From contig CAVSGI010000006.1 in NCBI GenBank assembly GCA_963727445.1, forward strand, positions 224,001 to 288,000: 64,000 nucleotides of DNA, read 5' to 3'. The notes under the pieces are model-generated. The model made no database searches. It was not told the origin of the DNA and worked only from the letters and a program-made list of their open reading frames with translations. Made by a program: the position numbers and the translations under genes. Positions 59,537 through 64,000 of this stretch are shown here, piece by piece (positions within the stretch are counted from its first letter, which is position 1; the number at the start of each line of letters is the position of its first letter). The DNA is from an uncultured delta proteobacterium (GTDB lineage: Bacteria > Myxococcota_A > Polyangia > Polyangiales > B10-G4).

Positions 59537-59570
59537 GGGCGGCTGCGAGCGTTGAGGGCGGCTGCGAGCG
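59533..59570 (+). repeat. Perfect 19 bp tandem duplication spanning a stop codon
   Basis: TTGAGGGCGGCTGCGAGCG twice (59533-59551, 59552-59570). Confidence 0.9.
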
Positions 59571-59602
59571 GCGGCTCGCCAGGACCCGCGCGAGCACCGA
59601 GC

Positions 59603-61720
59603 CTATCGCCTCAGCCTCTCCGCGAGCTTCGACCGCGACGCGTACGCTTCGGCGTTGCCCACGGCGCGGCGCAGGGCGCGGTCGTCGCCGATGATCATCA
59701 CCAGCTTCTTGGCGCGGGTGATGGCCGTGTAGACCAGGGCGCGGGACAAAAGGACGTGGTGACCGGCGTGGAGCACCACGACGATGGCGGGGAACTCGCT
59801 TCCCTGGACCTTGTGGACCGTCGAGGCGTAGGCGAGGGTGAGATCGTCGAGCTGGTCGACCTTGTACTGCACTTCGCGGCTGTCGACGTCGACGTAGGTG
59901 ATCCCGCCCTCGAAACGTCGGACCTCGCCCAGGTCTCCGTTGAAGACGTCGCGGTCGTAATCGTTGCGGAGCTGCATCACCTTGTCGCCCACGCGAAAGA
60001 CCGCGGGCGTCGCTCCGCGCGCCGGGTTGAGCTCGTTCTGAAGGAGCGCGTTGAGCCGCTCGGTGCCGGTCGAGCCGCGTCGCATGGGCGACAGCACCAT
60101 CACGTCGCGCTTGGGATCGAGGCCGTACACCCGCTTCATGCGCTCGAGCGCTGCGAGGAGGCGTTCGGCGATCCGGTCGGGATCGCGCGTGCGCACGATG
60201 AAGAGGTCGCCGTCGCCGCGCTCGCCCCGCGGCGTGGGCTCGGGCACCTGCCCGTGGAGGATGGCGTGGGCGCCCCGGACGATCGCGCTGCGTTGGGCCT
60301 GACGGAAGACCACCTCGAGGCGGATGGTGGGGGCGATCTCGGAGCGGATCAGCTCGCGCAGCACCTGGCCAGGCCCCACCGGCGGCAGCTGATCGACGTC
60401 GCCGACCAACACGAGCGTCGCCCCGTTCGGCACGGCCGAGACCAGGCTCTCCGCCAGACGCACGTCGAGCATCGACGCCTCGTCCACCAGGATCAGCTCC
60501 GCGTCGAGGGGGCTCGCCTCTCCGCGCCGAAAACGTGCGGTCGCGGGATTCCACTCGAGGAGGCGGTGGATGGTCCGCGCTTCGCGGCCGGTCGCTTCAC
60601 TGAGGCGCTTCGCTGCGCGGCCGGTGGGCGCGCACAGGAGCGCGCGCCGACCGAGGATCTCCTGCGCGCGCACGATGGCGCGCACCGTGGTGGTCTTCCC
60701 CGTCCCGGGTCCGCCGGTCAGCACCACCAGCCCCCTTTCGAGCGCGAAGCGCGCGGCGCTCCGCTGCGACTCGGTGAGCTCGGCCGCTGCCGCTTCCCCC
60801 ACCGCGCGCAGGTGCTCGTCTCTCTTCGGTCGTTCGATCGCCGCGAGGCGCTTCAGGTGATGCGCCACCGCGCGCTCGGCGCGATGCAGCGGCGGCGCGT
60901 AGACCGCATCGTCGTCGAGGATCAGCATCCCGCGCCCGGCGAGGAGATCGACCGCCTCGTCGGCGCGATCTCCCGGCACCGAGAGCGCCGTCGCCGCGTC
61001 GACGAGCTCGGCGCGTGACGTGAAGACGTGTCCGTCGTCGGCGGCCTTGCCCACCAGGTGCAGAACGGCGCCGGCGGCGCGGCGTGGGTCGTCGTCGGCG
61101 ATGCCCGCCTCCCGCCCCACGCGGTCCGCGGTGCGAAAGCCGATCCCCCGCACCTGCTCAGCGACCAGGTAGGGATCCTCGCGGACCACCCGCACGGCGT
61201 CGTCGCCGTACTTCCGGATGATCTTGCGCGCGAGGGCCGGGCCCAGTCCCACGGAGTGAAGAAAGGACACCGTCTCGGCTTCGGCGCGCCGGCTGCGCAC
61301 GGCCTCGGCGATGGACGCCGCCCGCTTCTTGCCGATGCCCTCGACCTCGGTGAGGCGGCCCGACTGACCCGCGATGACGTCGAGGGTGCGCTCGCCGAAC
61401 TTGTCGACCAGGCGCTCCGCCAGGGCGGGCCCGATCCCCTCGATCAAACCCGAGCCGAGGTACTTCACGACGCCGGCGCGGCTCTTGGGCATCACCGGTG
61501 TGTAGCCCACGGCCTTGAAACGATCGCCGTAGGTCGGGTGCGTGGTGTGCTTGCCGCGCACCCTCAGCGCCTCACCCACGGCGACGCCCCCGAGGTCGCC
61601 GACGATGGTGATCTCCCCGTCGCGATCGTCACGCGTGGCCTTGACCACGGCGTAGCGTCCATCCTCCGAGCGGAACACCACGTCGGTCACGGTGACGCGC
61701 AGCACGTCCTCCGCGTTCAC
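59603..61720 (-). CDS. recD2: RecD2-type SF1B DNA helicase
   Basis: HhH GIGP/GIGK; TGGPGTGKTT, APTGRAAKR, VDEASM, GDVDQLP, NDY, YASTVHKVQGSE, YTAITRA; GTG with GGAGG. Confidence 0.93.
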   Translation of the reverse strand: MNAEDVLRVTVTDVVFRSEDGRYAVVKATRDDRDGEITIVGDLGGVAVGEALRVRGKHTTHPTYGDRFKAVGYTPVMPKSRAGVVKYLGSGLIEGIGPALAERLVDKFGERTLDVIAGQSGRLTEVEGIGKKRAASIAEAVRSRRAEAETVSFLHSVGLGPALARKIIRKYGDDAVRVVREDPYLVAEQVRGIGFRTADRVGREAGIADDDPRRAAGAVLHLVGKAADDGHVFTSRAELVDAATALSVPGDRADEAVDLLAGRGMLILDDDAVYAPPLHRAERAVAHHLKRLAAIERPKRDEHLRAVGEAAAAELTESQRSAARFALERGLVVLTGGPGTGKTTTVRAIVRAQEILGRRALLCAPTGRAAKRLSEATGREARTIHRLLEWNPATARFRRGEASPLDAELILVDEASMLDVRLAESLVSAVPNGATLVLVGDVDQLPPVGPGQVLRELIRSEIAPTIRLEVVFRQAQRSAIVRGAHAILHGQVPEPTPRGERGDGDLFIVRTRDPDRIAERLLAALERMKRVYGLDPKRDVMVLSPMRRGSTGTERLNALLQNELNPARGATPAVFRVGDKVMQLRNDYDRDVFNGDLGEVRRFEGGITYVDVDSREVQYKVDQLDDLTLAYASTVHKVQGSEFPAIVVVLHAGHHVLLSRALVYTAITRAKKLVMIIGDDRALRRAVGNAEAYASRSKLAERLRR

Positions 61721-63286
61721 GGTGGCCTCCCCGGAGTGCATTCGCCGACGAGGAAATCGATCGCCTCCCCGCTCCGCGACGTCCCCCGCTTTCGCGCGAG
61801 GCATCGCCCGGCGCCGGTCGCCACGGCAGGCGCGGCGCTCACACGCTGGCCCTCCGGATCGCGGAGGAAGAGCGGCTCGCCCGCGTTCGAAAGCCCGCCC
61901 GAGCCGAGGGAGGTGCCGAGGCGCACGAGCGGCACGCCCCCGGGCACGGGGCCGTCCAGCGGGTCCAGCGGATCGAAGGCGTCGCTCACCAGGAGCACGC
62001 GACCCCCAGCCGGCACCACGACCGCGCGGGTGATCACGTCGCCCTCGCGGTCTTCGCGATCCGCCAGCGCGTAGCCGGCGAGGTCGATCGGCATGGCGCC
62101 GGAGTTTAGCAGCTCCACGTACTCCTGCGCGGGCTCGGCGCCCAAGGGGTCGCTCCGCACCTCGGTGATGTCGATCGCCGGTAGCGTTGGTGCGGTTCGG
62201 ATCCGGACGATCCGCGCCTCCAGATGGTCCTCGAGGTCGCGGAGCGAGACCCCCGCCGCCACCTCGGTGTCGGCCGGAAGTCCGTCGAAGGCGAAGCTCG
62301 CCTCGCCCCGAGAGGCGACGCGCCGGAGCTCCTCGTCTCCGACGCGGGCGAAGAGGCGCGCCGGCCCATTCGCCGTCACCCGCAACGTGGCGTGGCTGTC
62401 GTCGACGAAGACGCAGAAGGGTCCCACCGCCTCCTCGTCGGGGGTGCAGGGCGTTTCGACGAAGGTCACGGGCGCGACCTCCGCGGCGGCCGTGAAGATC
62501 TCGGCGGTGAGGGGACCGACCGGCGCGCCCGTGAGGTCGGCCAGGCCCGCGGCGAGGTCGAAGCGGTAGCGCGCGCCGCGGGCGAGCGGGTAGGCCGGCT
62601 CGAAGCGCACGCACGTGCTGCCGTCGGGCCAGCCGATGCGCCCGCAGTCCGCGACCCGGCTCGTTCCCGCGACGCGCCCCTCGAAGCCTTCGAGGTAGAC
62701 GTCGTCCGCGCTCACTTCGAGCAGCCCGTCGAAGCGCACGGCGACGAAGGGCAGATCGATGGGGACGGCGTGGGTCGAGTCGGCAGGCCAGGTCGCGGCT
62801 GCCCAGGCGCCTGCGCGCGGGTGCGTGTCCACCACCACCTCGTGCAGCTGTGGGGCGAGCGCCTCGTCGCTCGACACGGCCCACGGCGCGATCGCGACCC
62901 ACAGGCGCTCGCCGCGTGCGAGATGGCCCGAGGGCTCGACGACCACCGTGGCTTCGTCCTCCGCGCGGCCCGTGGCGACGATGGCGTCCCGCGTCGCGGC
63001 CCGGAGCGGCGCCGCCGACAGATCGTCCGATGAGCACCGCGGGGTCGAGGCCGCGGCTCACGAAGATCGCGTCCGGCTCCGAGATGGGGACGGTGCTCCG
63101 CACGCGAATCATGGGCCAGGTCGGCGCCGCTTCTTCGTAGAGGTGGCCGAAGCGATCGACGACTTCGACCGTGAATCGTGGGGCGATGGCGGCGCCTGCG
63201 TCCGCTGGCAACGAAGACGGTTTCGGCGGAGGCGCGTCCAGACAAGCGGACAGGGCGAGGGTGAGCACGGCGGCGAGGAAGCGCAT
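61717..63286 (-). CDS. Lipoprotein with Ig-like and lamin-tail domains (one extra base near 63025-63040)
   Basis: Lipobox LSAC; ITEVRSDP...EYVELLN...IDLAGYALAD...GLSNAGE (LTD); GTGA overlap with recD2. Confidence 0.75.
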
Positions 63287-63336
63287 TCTCCCTCTTCGGC
63301 ACGAGCGCGCGCCGGTTGCGTCGTATCATCGAGACA

Positions 63337-64000
63337 GTGGAAGAGGTCGGAGGTTTCTCCATCGAGGACGTCCTCGGTCGCGGCGGCACCGCCGTCGTCT
63401 ATCGCGCCCGCGACGCGGACGGATTGCCGGTGGCGCTCAAGCTCCTCCACCCCGAGCTCGCGATGGACGAGGACATGCGCCGACGCGCGCGGCGCGAAGC
63501 GAACGCCCTCGCCCGCGTGGTGAGCCCGCACGTGGTGCGCATCATCGCCACCGGCGAGGACGACGTGCGGGGACCGTGGATCGCCACCGAGCTGAGCGCG
63601 GCGCCGCGCCTGAGCGACCTGCTCGCGCTCAGTCCGGCCGGGCTGAGGCCGAGGCGCGCCGCCGTCATCGTCGCCCAGGTGCTCGACGGGCTCGCCGAGC
63701 TCCACTGTGTCGGGGTGCTGCACCGCGATCTGAAGCCGGACAACGTCTTCGTCTCGAAGCGGGGCGGCGTCGATCACGCGTTCCTCTTCGATCTTTCCGT
63801 CGCCTCCCTCGACGGCGCCTCTCACCTCACGCCGCCGGGTACGGTGATGGGCCATCCGTCGTACGCGAGCCCCGAGCGGATCGAAGGCCGCGAGGGCGAT
63901 CCACGATCGGACGTGTGGGCGGCTGGCGTCTTGCTCTACGAATGCCTCTCGGGTCGCCAACCTTTCGAGGCGCGGGATCTGAGAGGCCTGATCGCCGAGA
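63337..64000 (+). CDS. Ser/Thr protein kinase, truncated by the window end
   Basis: Manual translation VEEVGGFSIEDVLGRGGTAVVY...VALK...HRDLKPDN...DLS...YASPE...SDVW. Confidence 0.88.
   Translation, partial: MEEVGGFSIEDVLGRGGTAVVYRARDADGLPVALKLLHPELAMDEDMRRRARREANALARVVSPHVVRIIATGEDDVRGPWIATELSAAPRLSDLLALSPAGLRPRRAAVIVAQVLDGLAELHCVGVLHRDLKPDNVFVSKRGGVDHAFLFDLSVASLDGASHLTPPGTVMGHPSYASPERIEGREGDPRSDVWAAGVLLYECLSGRQPFEARDLRGLIAE

Noticed and set aside
59603..63286. 1227 aa lipoprotein-RecD2 fusion ORF
   Set aside because: Frameshift artefact: the middle is out-of-frame Arg-rich text, and recD2 has its own RBS and GTG at 61720

Overview
High-GC (about 70% by eye), gene-dense chromosomal window. 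Gene content points to a myxobacterium, probably Polyangia/Sandaracinus-like (inference): five Hanks-type Ser/Thr kinases, a MYXO-CTERM-like tail, a TraB-like OmpA/TSP3 protein and many Cys-rich lipoproteins. About 55 genes are recognisable, including lexA, glnB-glnA, psd, truD, recD2, crcB, exbB-exbD-tonB, a KirBac channel and a UbiB kinase. No prophage, CRISPR array, rRNA or tRNA was seen. Main observations: (1) a full-length PurA paralog that keeps its GTP motifs but has lost the catalytic, IMP-binding and aspartate-binding residues, lying tail-to-tail with a similarly degenerate LplA-like gene, plus a degenerate CysE-like gene elsewhere; (2) all eight reading-frame breaks found lie in or next to GATC, best explained as a base-calling footprint of GATC modification rather than real pseudogenes; (3) a GlnR-box-like 11-bp-phased repeat upstream of glnB-glnA; (4) a ~160 bp MITE inserted at a TAG stop codon; (5) repeated TANNNT-N6-8-start codon (leaderless) architecture. 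All calls come from motif recognition by eye, not database searches.
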